A stretch of 26,782 bases of DNA from a virus (taxonomy: Duplodnaviria; Caudoviricetes), in the IMG/VR virus record IMGVR_UViG_3300017780_009425, positions 1 to 26,782 of that record, one strand, 5' to 3'. The notes beneath the pieces were generated by a model, which saw only the letters and a list, made by a program, of their open reading frames with translations, ran no database searches and had not been told where the DNA came from. Below are positions 1 to 8,601 of this stretch, one piece after another. Position 1 is the stretch's first letter; each line of letters opens with the position of its first letter. A program made the translations under genes and the position numbers.

Positions 1-6
1 AGAAAA

Positions 7-225
7 ATGCAATACACAAGTCATGGAAAAGTAGTAGTCTTCGAAGGAAACGTTGGTGAAGTTTCTACTTGGATTAAAAAACATGTTGGAGATCACGATA
101 CAGTTAGTTTAAAAGATTACTTTAAAGATGAAGTTTTTGGAGTTCATAAAGTTGGAGAAGAGAAGTACAGGTACTATTATCAATGCTTAGGCAAAGGTAG
201 ATATTCTATTTTTACAATTCAATGA
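7..225 (+). CDS. hypothetical protein
   Basis: 72-aa ORF with ATGA overlap into the next gene; no recognisable motif. Confidence 0.6.
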   Translation: MQYTSHGKVVVFEGNVGEVSTWIKKHVGDHDTVSLKDYFKDEVFGVHKVGEEKYRYYYQCLGKGRYSIFTIQ

Positions 226-548
226 ATAAGATTTATTATATATTCAGTATCTTTATAACAGGGCTTCTTTTTTGTTTGGCTTATATGCCTCAATCTACAT
301 TACAAGAGAATATAGAAAAATCTGGATTAGAATTTGGATATGCTACAGAACAAGTTTCATGTTTTACCAAAGGCATCGAGCCTATAGGATTAGATTCTCA
401 TAAATGGATATTAAATTTTAATAGCACTAAACCATCTAATATAATCTCTAATGAACCTGTTTATGTGTCAGTAGGCTATATGATCAAAGAAGTAAGATTA
501 AAATATAAGTCTAATGTTTTCCAAAACCCAAGATATAAAACCTTATGA
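222..548 (+). CDS. hypothetical protein with N-terminal membrane anchor or signal
   Basis: Hydrophobic N-terminus (IYYIFSIFITGLLFCLAYM); ATGA overlaps at both ends. Confidence 0.7.
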   Translation: MNKIYYIFSIFITGLLFCLAYMPQSTLQENIEKSGLEFGYATEQVSCFTKGIEPIGLDSHKWILNFNSTKPSNIISNEPVYVSVGYMIKEVRLKYKSNVFQNPRYKTL

Positions 549-877
549 AAAAAACAATAATACTATTAGCGGCGTTTTTATTAACGCCATATTCTTATAC
601 AGAAGATCAAATAAGAATTAAAATAACTAAAAATGAGCAAGGCGAAATGATGCTTAATGTATCGGGCCATAAAAGCCCAGTAGCTCTAGAAGTTAATGGA
701 ATATCCAGACAAGTAGAAGTTAATGAAAGTGATGTTAACATGGAAAAAGAATTTCAATTCTCTACTTTTAGTTCTCCAGACACAGCTTCTGGAGCTTCGT
801 CTACTCCAACTGATTCTCAATATAGAGCACCTCCAGTATTATCAAATGGAGTTCCAGCTCAAGCAACTCCAATCTAA
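545..877 (+). CDS. hypothetical secreted protein
   Basis: MKK plus hydrophobic stretch resembling a signal peptide; Ser/Pro/Thr-rich C-terminus. Confidence 0.7.
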   Translation: MKKTIILLAAFLLTPYSYTEDQIRIKITKNEQGEMMLNVSGHKSPVALEVNGISRQVEVNESDVNMEKEFQFSTFSSPDTASGASSTPTDSQYRAPPVLSNGVPAQATPI

Positions 878-881
878 TGTT

Positions 882-887
882 GTGTAA
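882..887 (+). promoter_or_regulatory. GTGTAA motif (putative late promoter)
   Basis: Intergenic GTGTAA 8 nt before ATG 896; no Shine-Dalgarno. Confidence 0.55.
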
Positions 888-895
888 GCCTATGT

Positions 896-1162
896 ATGCT
901 ACTTAAAATCAAAAGCTGGTGGGCTGATTTAAAATCTTATGATAAGTTCTTTTTTATCACTTTTGTCCCTGCGATACTTTTTACGCTTTGGGGGCTAAGT
1001 GACCTTTACATTAATTACTTTGATTTATTAAGTAAGGAAGATCACCTTCAATTCTTTCTGAGGTTTGCTTTTCCAATAGCACTAGCTACCTTAATAACAG
1101 TTTTAGAGCGAAATAAGAGAAGAAAACTAGTAAAAGATATTAAAGATTATTTAGACAAATAA
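896..1162 (+). CDS. small two-TM membrane protein
   Basis: Two hydrophobic segments (FFFITFVPAILFTLWGL; FFLRFAFPIALATLITVL) and a basic C-terminal tail. Confidence 0.75.
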   Translation: MLLKIKSWWADLKSYDKFFFITFVPAILFTLWGLSDLYINYFDLLSKEDHLQFFLRFAFPIALATLITVLERNKRRKLVKDIKDYLDK

Positions 1163-1237
1163 TTACTTAACTCTCTCTACTAAATACAAAATATAAACTA
1201 ACACAGCTAAACAAATTAAACTAGTAGAAATGGTCAT
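1163..1237 (-). CDS. 24-aa single-TM micropeptide (not in ORF track)
   Basis: Minus strand reads MTISTSLICLAVLVYILYLVERVK*; GTGTAA (TTACAC at 1246-1251) lies 8 nt upstream; its stop abuts the stop of 896..1162. Confidence 0.6.
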   Translation of the reverse strand: MTISTSLICLAVLVYILYLVERVK

Positions 1238-1245
1238 ATCTCTTC

Positions 1246-1251
1246 TTACAC
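1246..1251 (-). promoter_or_regulatory. GTGTAA motif on the minus strand
   Basis: TTACAC on the + strand, 8 nt upstream of the minus-strand ATG at 1237. Confidence 0.5.
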
Positions 1252-1318
1252 TAGTATTACAACATGTGCAAAACTGGCAGTTTAAATAGATTTTAATATC
1301 TATTGATATTAATTTAAA

Positions 1319-1348
1319 TTAGATTTAAATTAATATTTAATATATAAT
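1319..1348 (+). promoter_or_regulatory. sigma70-type promoter (TTAGAT-N18-TATAAT)
   Basis: TATAAT at 1343-1348, 8 nt before ATG 1357; TTAGAT at 1319-1324; an upstream TTGATA at 1303-1308. Confidence 0.5.
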
Positions 1349-1356
1349 CATATTAA

Positions 1357-1776
1357 ATGAAAAGATACTGTATTTCTTGTGGTGGACCAACAGAGTATTC
1401 AATAAAAAAACCAATATTTTGTTCTAATTGTGGAGCATCATTTGAACCAAATACTGAAAAAGTTATAGAAAAAGTTCAAATTAAAAAACCTATAATAGCT
1501 AAAAAAATATATATTGAAGAACCAGAATTAGATAATGATATTAATTATGATGACGACCAAGACGTTAACGAAGTCCCAAATATATCTAAACTACAAGTAG
1601 AAACCCAATCAGACCAAGTAGTTAGAGGAGTAAAACTTAAGGATTTAATGGGAACATCTGGAAGCGAAAACTCAAAGAAAGAAAGAAGAAAAGAAAAAGC
1701 AAAAAAAGTCTCCAAAAAACAAGTCCTAGAAGACTTTGCGAAAGAAGCCAGCTCTTTAAGAAGAAGTAAGAAATAA
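1357..1776 (+). CDS. zinc-ribbon domain protein
   Basis: N-terminal CISCG...CSNCG double CxxC, then acidic and Lys-rich low-complexity segments. Confidence 0.75.
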   Translation: MKRYCISCGGPTEYSIKKPIFCSNCGASFEPNTEKVIEKVQIKKPIIAKKIYIEEPELDNDINYDDDQDVNEVPNISKLQVETQSDQVVRGVKLKDLMGTSGSENSKKERRKEKAKKVSKKQVLEDFAKEASSLRRSKK

Positions 1777-1779
1777 TTA

Positions 1780-2463
1780 ATGAGCGATCTGAAATCTAGT
1801 TTCGAAAGTAGAATTTCTGAAATTGACCAAGAAATTAGTAAAAGAAAACATAAATGGAACCTCACAGCGCTTGCTTGGATGGACTTTAGCGATGTTTCTC
1901 AAATATTGAGGATACATATTTTTAAAAAATGGGAAATGTATAATCAAAAACAACCTCTCGCCCCATGGATAAATAGGATTGTTAGCAATCAAATAAAAAA
2001 TTTAATAAGAAATAACTATGGTAATTATTCAAGACCATGTTTAAAATGTGCTGCAGCAGAAAATGAAGATGGATGTAATATATATGGCAATCAATGTAGA
2101 AAATGTCCACTATATGCAAAGTGGGAAAAGAATAAAAAATCAGCATATGATATTAAATTACCAGTAACCTTAGAGAATCACTCACAAGAAGTTCATAATA
2201 TTATTGAGGACGATATTAATATAGATAAAGCCGCAAAAAATATTCATGCAAAAATGCAAAAAATACTTAAGCCTATAGAATGGAGATTTTATAACCTACA
2301 TTATATTCAACATAAATCAGAAGAAGAATCAGCCTCTTTAATGGGCTATAAAACTACTGAAAAAAATCGAAAAATAGGATATAAGCAAGTTAAAAATTTA
2401 AAAAAAGCTATTGTAACTAAAGTTAAAAAACATTTATATAATGGAGATATTGATTTACATTAA
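1780..2463 (+). CDS. phage sigma70/ECF-like RNA polymerase sigma factor
   Basis: Region-2-like DFSDVSQILRIHIFKKWEMYNQKQPLAPWINRIVSNQIKNLIR and region-4-like LKPIEWRFYNLHYIQHKSEEESASLMGY; Cys cluster in the linker. Confidence 0.7.
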   Translation: MSDLKSSFESRISEIDQEISKRKHKWNLTALAWMDFSDVSQILRIHIFKKWEMYNQKQPLAPWINRIVSNQIKNLIRNNYGNYSRPCLKCAAAENEDGCNIYGNQCRKCPLYAKWEKNKKSAYDIKLPVTLENHSQEVHNIIEDDINIDKAAKNIHAKMQKILKPIEWRFYNLHYIQHKSEEESASLMGYKTTEKNRKIGYKQVKNLKKAIVTKVKKHLYNGDIDLH

Positions 2464-2464
2464 T

Positions 2465-3559
2465 ATGAGTGATGATTTACCACAACTAACAGAAGAACAA
2501 CAATTAATTTTATTAAAAGAATGGAACAATCGTTCAGATAATCCCCCATCTTTAACAGAATTAGTTAAACTAGCTTTTAATAGAGATGATCTCGATGGAA
2601 GAAGTAAAGAAGGTAAAGCTGTAAAACAATTTCTTGCAGCAAGACAAATTAAACCAAGAAAAAGTCACGAATATCAAGCAAAAGGTCTTATAGAATTAAC
2701 AGAAGATCAAAAAGAATATATTAGCAATAATTGCGCAATGATGACAGGACTTGAAATAGCTAAAATTTTATTTAAAAATGAATCATTAACAAATCTTTGT
2801 CAAGAAACTAGAAGCATTCTTGATTACATGAAAACTATACCTAGTAATATTAAATATATTAACGATACAAATGAAAATATCGCTACAGAAACTTATAAAG
2901 CTCCACGAAGCGAAGAAAGAATGATTGTAAAAATTAATAAATATATATTAGATGGAATTGAAAAAGAAAAAATTACTCCAAGACAAAAAAAAGAAGTAAA
3001 TTCTTTGATTAGTTATATGAACACTTATAGATTTACTCATCAAATTAATCTTTATGATGACGAAGATGATAGGGATTTATTTGAAAGTAGTTTTTTGAGA
3101 TATACTTATGATAAGAGTGATCTTACCCAAGAAGAAGTCGATCAATACATTGTTCTCGCTACAGAAGTAGTTATATCATCCACAATTCAACAAACGATTA
3201 CAGCTTTACAAAATCAAATAGATTTAGCTACTCAAGAAGATGGAAGAATTCCAATGGCTATCGTAGAAGCTAGTAGCACAGCAAGAAAAGAGTATAATGA
3301 TTGCGTAAATCGTCAACAAAAACTATTAAATGATTTAAAAGTAAAAAGAAGCGACAGGCTAAGTAAACAAATAAAAGATAACGCTAGTATATTAAACCTT
3401 GTAGAGATGTGGAAACAAGAAGAGTCTAGAAAAAAATTATTAAAAATGGCAGAACTAAGAAGAGCTATTGTAAAAACAGAGATAAATAGACTTGATTCTA
3501 TGGATGAATTAAAATGTAAAATTTTAGGAATATCTGAAGAAGATATTCTAAATGGATAA
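2465..3559 (+). CDS. hypothetical helical protein (possible terminase small subunit or DNA-binding protein)
   Basis: Track start is 2441, but ATG 2465 directly after the upstream stop is more plausible; HTH-like TGLEIAKILF and a C-terminal coiled coil; lies upstream of terL. Function is positional inference. Confidence 0.6.
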   Translation: MSDDLPQLTEEQQLILLKEWNNRSDNPPSLTELVKLAFNRDDLDGRSKEGKAVKQFLAARQIKPRKSHEYQAKGLIELTEDQKEYISNNCAMMTGLEIAKILFKNESLTNLCQETRSILDYMKTIPSNIKYINDTNENIATETYKAPRSEERMIVKINKYILDGIEKEKITPRQKKEVNSLISYMNTYRFTHQINLYDDEDDRDLFESSFLRYTYDKSDLTQEEVDQYIVLATEVVISSTIQQTITALQNQIDLATQEDGRIPMAIVEASSTARKEYNDCVNRQQKLLNDLKVKRSDRLSKQIKDNASILNLVEMWKQEESRKKLLKMAELRRAIVKTEINRLDSMDELKCKILGISEEDILNG

Positions 3560-4499
3560 GATTATGTCAGTTATTTGCAAAGTAGATGGAAAAGAATTTC
3601 CAAGTGAAAAATCTTTACACATGTCTTTAAAAGGATATAAACTTAATAAAACAAAATATTATCAAACATATTTCGAAAGACGAGATCTTTTAACAAACGA
3701 ACTCATAAATTTTAAAACTAAAGAACAATATTTTAATAGTGATTTTAATGATAAAAATAATATGAAAAAATGGCTTAAACAGCAACCTATTGAAAAAGCC
3801 CAAGAGTATTGCAAATCATTAATCACCAAAAGAAAACAAGATAAAAATCTATTATATAGTCCTTCTCAAGTAGAGCTAAGAACAATAATGTCTCCATCAA
3901 TTATATTCTATAATAAGATATTTCCCGACTATTATGATGTTTGCGCTAATTTAGGGTTAAAGAATAAATTTATTCATACAACTAATATAGTTGATCAATT
4001 TAAAAATAAGTTAAACAAAAAATCAATCATTTATGTTGATACAAGGGAACAGAGTTGGTTAAAATTTGATACAAAATTTGAAATTAAAACACTACCATTT
4101 GGAGATTATTCTTGTAGCAATGATAATTGCAAATGCTTTATAGAAAGAAAAAGTTTAAGTGATTTTATTAGCACTTTAAGTGTTAAAAATTTTGATAGAT
4201 TTAAAAATGAAATAGATCGAGCAAAGAAAAGTGGAGCTTATCTAGTAGTAGTAATAGAAGAAAAATTATCTAACGCTCTTAGCTTTCAATATCTTCCTCA
4301 TATTAGTAAAAAAATTAAAGCCACGCCAGAATATATATTTCATAACGTTAGAGAATTATTGCAAAGTTATGATAATCTACAATTTCTTTTTGTAGATGGA
4401 AGAGTAGAAATGACAAGAGTTATTGAGTCTATTTTTACATCAAATTGTTTTTACAAAGAAGTAGATCTTCAATTAGCTTATGATTTAAAACTTTTATGA
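3552..4499 (+). CDS. ERCC4 (XPF/Mus81/Hef family) structure-specific endonuclease
   Basis: IYVDTREQ...LPFGDY...FIERKSLSDF...LVVVIE matches the ERCC4 GD-x(n)-ERKx3D catalytic signature; degenerate Zn-finger-like N-terminus. Confidence 0.85.
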   Translation: MDKIMSVICKVDGKEFPSEKSLHMSLKGYKLNKTKYYQTYFERRDLLTNELINFKTKEQYFNSDFNDKNNMKKWLKQQPIEKAQEYCKSLITKRKQDKNLLYSPSQVELRTIMSPSIIFYNKIFPDYYDVCANLGLKNKFIHTTNIVDQFKNKLNKKSIIYVDTREQSWLKFDTKFEIKTLPFGDYSCSNDNCKCFIERKSLSDFISTLSVKNFDRFKNEIDRAKKSGAYLVVVIEEKLSNALSFQYLPHISKKIKATPEYIFHNVRELLQSYDNLQFLFVDGRVEMTRVIESIFTSNCFYKEVDLQLAYDLKLL

Positions 4500-6340
4500 T
4501 ATATTCTCCAGATAAATATAAAAAAGAATATCACGACATTAATAAAGAATTAATGGAATTAAAAGGTATATTAAATGACAAAGAAGCAAAAATTAGTTTA
4601 GTGAAATTTTTGAGATCTAATTTAGGTTTTACTACAGAACTTATTAGTGGTATAAAATTAGCTCCATATCAAGAGATACATTTAAAAGCTCTAATGGCTA
4701 GAAATTTTAATATGTGCATTTGGGGAAGAGGTTGCGGAAAAAGCTTTGTAGCTGCTGTTTTTTGCTTCCTTCAATGCGTTTTTGAACCTAACACAAAAAT
4801 TTTAATTGCAGGGCCAACTTTTAGAACAGCTAGATTCATATTTAATAATCTAGAAAAAATTGTAAATAGTAAAGGCGCAGAACTCTTGCAACAAGCTTTT
4901 GGCTCTAAGAGTAAAAGAAATGATCAATATGAATGGGCTATTAATGGAGGAAGCATAGTCGCTATACCCTTGAACGGAGAAAAAATTCGAGGATTTAGAG
5001 CAAATGTACTTGTATTAGATGAGTTTTTGCTTCTTCCAGAAGATATCATTAAAACTGTTTTAATGCCCTTCTTAGTAGCACCACAAAATATGAAAGAAAG
5101 GATGGAAATTAGAGAAACTGAAGATATCTTAATAAAAGATGGTTTAATGAAAGAGGAGGACAGACTTGTATTTGAAAATAATAGTAAAATGATAGCGCTA
5201 TCCTCTGCGAGTTATACTTTCGAAAATCTTTATAAAACACATAACGAATGGATAGAAAAAATTAATTGTAAAGAGCCTAGCGAGGCATCTTATTTTATTT
5301 CTCAATTAAGTTACGAGGCTCTTCCATTAGAAATGATAGACAAGACTATTATTGAAGAAGCACAAAATGGAGGATCAAGTCATAGTAGCTTTTTAAGAGA
5401 GTATTGTGCTAGATTTACTGATGGAAGTGATAGTTATTTTAGTGCAAAAAAAATGGAAGATTGCACGATTAAAAACGGAGAAACTCCTCATACTCTGATG
5501 AAAGGATCTTCTGGAAAAAAATATATACTTGGTATAGATCCAAATATGAGCGATAGCCCAAACGCGGATTATTTTGCTATGGCAGTAATGGAGATAGATG
5601 AAGAAAATAAAACTGGTACATTAATTCATACTTATGCTGGATTAGGTAATTTAAAAAATCATGTTAATTATTTCTATTACCTTATGACTAATTTTAATAT
5701 TGTATTTATGATTTTAGATAACGCTGGTGCAGACGTATTTCTTTCTGCTTGTAATCAATCTGAATTGTTTAAAAGTAATAATTTAGCAATAAATAGTTTT
5801 GAATTTAATTCTGATTTAGAAGGACCAGAGTATGATCAAGAAGTTCGAAAAACAAGAAACTCCTATAATCTAGAAAATAAAAAAATAGCTTTTAATCAAG
5901 TCTTCACTAGTAATTTTATTAGAAAAGCTAACGAACATTTACAGGCATCAATTGATTATAAAAAAATATGGTTTGCTAGTAAAACATGTGCTAATGATAG
6001 TTTTTTTGAATCTCAATTTAGTCAGAGTATTCCGATTGAATTGATGAAAACAGAAGACAAGAAAGATTGGTCAACTCTTGATTTTATTGAGAACCAAGAT
6101 GATTTTATATATCAGACAAAAAAACAATGCACTCTAGTAGAGCACTCGTCAACTGCTAGAGGCACTCAATCATTTGACTTGCCTCAACATTTAAAAAGAA
6201 GCTCCTCTTCAAATAAAGCAAGAAAAGATAATTATTCTGCACTTTTATTAGTAAATTGGGGTTTAAAGTGCTATAATGATATAATAAACGCACCAAAAGA
6301 AGAAATATCCCAGACTTTCACCCCAATAATGATAAAATAA
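4496..6340 (+). CDS. terL: terminase large subunit
   Basis: Walker A GRGCGKS, IRGFRA, Walker B VLVLDE, coupling motif ALSS, RNase H-like nuclease YILGIDP and C-terminal KDNYSAL. Confidence 0.92.
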   Translation: MIYSPDKYKKEYHDINKELMELKGILNDKEAKISLVKFLRSNLGFTTELISGIKLAPYQEIHLKALMARNFNMCIWGRGCGKSFVAAVFCFLQCVFEPNTKILIAGPTFRTARFIFNNLEKIVNSKGAELLQQAFGSKSKRNDQYEWAINGGSIVAIPLNGEKIRGFRANVLVLDEFLLLPEDIIKTVLMPFLVAPQNMKERMEIRETEDILIKDGLMKEEDRLVFENNSKMIALSSASYTFENLYKTHNEWIEKINCKEPSEASYFISQLSYEALPLEMIDKTIIEEAQNGGSSHSSFLREYCARFTDGSDSYFSAKKMEDCTIKNGETPHTLMKGSSGKKYILGIDPNMSDSPNADYFAMAVMEIDEENKTGTLIHTYAGLGNLKNHVNYFYYLMTNFNIVFMILDNAGADVFLSACNQSELFKSNNLAINSFEFNSDLEGPEYDQEVRKTRNSYNLENKKIAFNQVFTSNFIRKANEHLQASIDYKKIWFASKTCANDSFFESQFSQSIPIELMKTEDKKDWSTLDFIENQDDFIYQTKKQCTLVEHSSTARGTQSFDLPQHLKRSSSSNKARKDNYSALLLVNWGLKCYNDIINAPKEEISQTFTPIMIK

Positions 6341-6347
6341 GTGTAAT
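6341..6347 (+). promoter_or_regulatory. GTGTAAT motif
   Basis: Immediately after the terL stop; GTGTAA ends 13 nt before portal ATG 6360. Confidence 0.6.
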
Positions 6348-6359
6348 ATCATCAAATAA

Positions 6360-8285
6360 ATGAGCAAAAAAAACAAAATTCAAGAAATAAAAGCATCTAT
6401 AGCTATTCCAAAAGAAGATACTACCCCATTAATGGTTTATGGATCTGATAACTCAAGTGACAAAAGAGCCAAGATTTCAGAAATAAGAGCAAACACAACA
6501 TCCACCAGAAGAAATGCGTCTTCATCAATAGAGAAAACGAATAGATTCACTAATATTGATACAGGATTAATTCCTTTTAGATATTCTAATTATGTAAAAA
6601 ATCTTTCTACTTTAGACGTAAGAGACTCTATTATTTTGTGTCAAAAGGCTTATTATAATGTAGCTATTTTTAGAAATACCATAGATTTAATGAGTGAATT
6701 TTCTAGTAGTTCAATTTATCTAACTGGTGGAAGTCAAAAATCAAGAGAATTTTTTGAAGCATATTTCAAGAAAATAAATCTAGCAAGTTTCCAAGATCAA
6801 TTCTTTAGAGAGTATTATAGAAGTGGAAATGTATTCACTTATAGATTTGATACCTCTTTAACTAATGAGCAACTTTTAAAAATAACACAAACTTTTGGTT
6901 CAAAATTAAAATCTATAGCTCAGGATGGAGAAATCAAACTTCCAGCTAGATATACAATAGTTAATCCAGCAGATGTTTATGTTGGTGGTACAGTTAATTA
7001 TTCTTTTAATACATATTATAAATTATTAAGTGATTACGAATTAGAAAGATTAAGAGATCCAAAAACAGATGAAGATATTGAAGTTTACGATAATCTTCCT
7101 CCAGAAACTAAAGATAAAATAAAAAATAAAAGTAACTCTTATATTCTTGTGCCACTAGATAAAACTAAATTAGCAGCAGTATTTTATAAGAAGCAAGACT
7201 ACGAGCCTCTTTCTATTCCAATGGGATTTCCAGTTCTTGATGATATCAATTGGAAACTTGAAATGAAAAAGATGGATATGGCAGTAACAAGAACCATGCA
7301 ACAAGCTGTTCTTCTGGTTACAATGGGAACTGATCCAGAAAAAGGTGGCGTGAATCAAAAGAATTTACAAGCAATGCAATCCTTATTTGAAAATCAAAGC
7401 GTTGGAAGAGTTCTTATTGCCGATTATACAACTAAAGCTGAGTTTGTTATTCCAGATATCGGCAATCTTATTGGGCCACAAAAATACGAAGTGGTTGATA
7501 GAGATATTCAAATTGGTTTAAATAATATTCTTATAGGAAGTGAAAAATTTGCAAATACAAGTATTAAAGTTCAAGTGTTTGTTCAAAGATTAAAGCAAGC
7601 AAGAGAAGTCTTTATTAATGAATTTTTGATTCCAGAAATCAGAAGAATGAGCAAAGATATTGGTTTTAAAAATTTTCCAACACCAGTTTTTCAAGATATT
7701 GATATCAAAGATGATGTTCAATATTCCAGAATTTACAATAGATTAGTTGAATTAGGAGTATTAACCGCAGAAGAAGGACTTACTGCAATTGAAACTGGAA
7801 GACTTCCAACCCAAGAAGAGTCCCTAGAGTCTCAAAGGAAATTCAAAGATCTAAGAGATCAAGGTCTTTACCAACCAATTATTGGAGGAAGTGCATCTGG
7901 TCAAGCTGGAAGACCATCAGGTTCTACTGGTATACCTCAATCTACAAAAAATGTAAAACCAATTGGTTCTAAAGCTAATTTCTCTGTAACCAAAATAAAA
8001 GAAAATATATTAGCAGCTCAAAATCTTGAAGAAGAAGTAAAGTCTTCTATTAGAAAGAAGTTTAGTGTTAAAAAATTAAGTAATCAACAAAAAGAAAATG
8101 CAGAAAAGATATCAGAAATTATCATAGCTAATGAGAATCCACAAGATTGGACTTCTAAAATTGAAGAATACGTTGAAAAGCCTTTTGATAAAAATCAAGA
8201 TAATATTAATGAAATACAAGAAATAGCCGCAGAACATCAAGTAACAAATTATTTAGCAAGTTTATTATATCACAGCAAAAATTAA
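6360..8285 (+). CDS. portal protein
   Basis: Follows terL; 641 aa; portal-like segments (IFRNTIDLMSEF, FFREYYRSGNVF, LVELGVLTAEE). Confidence 0.8.
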   Translation: MSKKNKIQEIKASIAIPKEDTTPLMVYGSDNSSDKRAKISEIRANTTSTRRNASSSIEKTNRFTNIDTGLIPFRYSNYVKNLSTLDVRDSIILCQKAYYNVAIFRNTIDLMSEFSSSSIYLTGGSQKSREFFEAYFKKINLASFQDQFFREYYRSGNVFTYRFDTSLTNEQLLKITQTFGSKLKSIAQDGEIKLPARYTIVNPADVYVGGTVNYSFNTYYKLLSDYELERLRDPKTDEDIEVYDNLPPETKDKIKNKSNSYILVPLDKTKLAAVFYKKQDYEPLSIPMGFPVLDDINWKLEMKKMDMAVTRTMQQAVLLVTMGTDPEKGGVNQKNLQAMQSLFENQSVGRVLIADYTTKAEFVIPDIGNLIGPQKYEVVDRDIQIGLNNILIGSEKFANTSIKVQVFVQRLKQAREVFINEFLIPEIRRMSKDIGFKNFPTPVFQDIDIKDDVQYSRIYNRLVELGVLTAEEGLTAIETGRLPTQEESLESQRKFKDLRDQGLYQPIIGGSASGQAGRPSGSTGIPQSTKNVKPIGSKANFSVTKIKENILAAQNLEEEVKSSIRKKFSVKKLSNQQKENAEKISEIIIANENPQDWTSKIEEYVEKPFDKNQDNINEIQEIAAEHQVTNYLASLLYHSKN

Positions 8286-8293
8286 TGTATAAA

Positions 8294-8300
8294 GTGTAAT
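8294..8300 (+). promoter_or_regulatory. GTGTAAT motif
   Basis: Intergenic; GTGTAA ends 8 nt before ATG 8308. Confidence 0.6.
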
Positions 8301-8307
8301 TTGGTAG

Positions 8308-8601
8308 ATGCGCACATTTAATGGTTTACAAATATTCACGGAACAGCTCACAAATAGCGGCCAATTAGACGCTAGGTATGTAAGAAATACTGGTGATCAA
8401 GATGTTCACGATCTCAAAACATTTAAAGATGGAATAGTTTTACAAGCGTCTACTATACCTACCTCAGAATTTTATCCAGGCATAAGCGGACAAATTGCCT
8501 TAGACTTTAACAACTTATATATATGTGTTAGTGGCAATGGAAATTCTAATGGCAGATGGAAATTTTTATCGTTAATAAACTTTGAAGGAATAGATGTATG
8601 A
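8308..8601 (+). CDS. small fibre-associated protein
   Basis: YVRNTGDQDVHDLKTF motif (shared with fibre B) and GISGQIALDFNNLYICV..RWK module (similar to the fibre A C-terminus). Confidence 0.65.
   Translation: MRTFNGLQIFTEQLTNSGQLDARYVRNTGDQDVHDLKTFKDGIVLQASTIPTSEFYPGISGQIALDFNNLYICVSGNGNSNGRWKFLSLINFEGIDV

Noticed and set aside
1545-1992. Minus-strand ORFs 1545..1865 and 1777..1992 (also 7170, 12818, 16445, 17696, 20580)
   Set aside because: Antisense to well-supported + strand genes, with no motifs.
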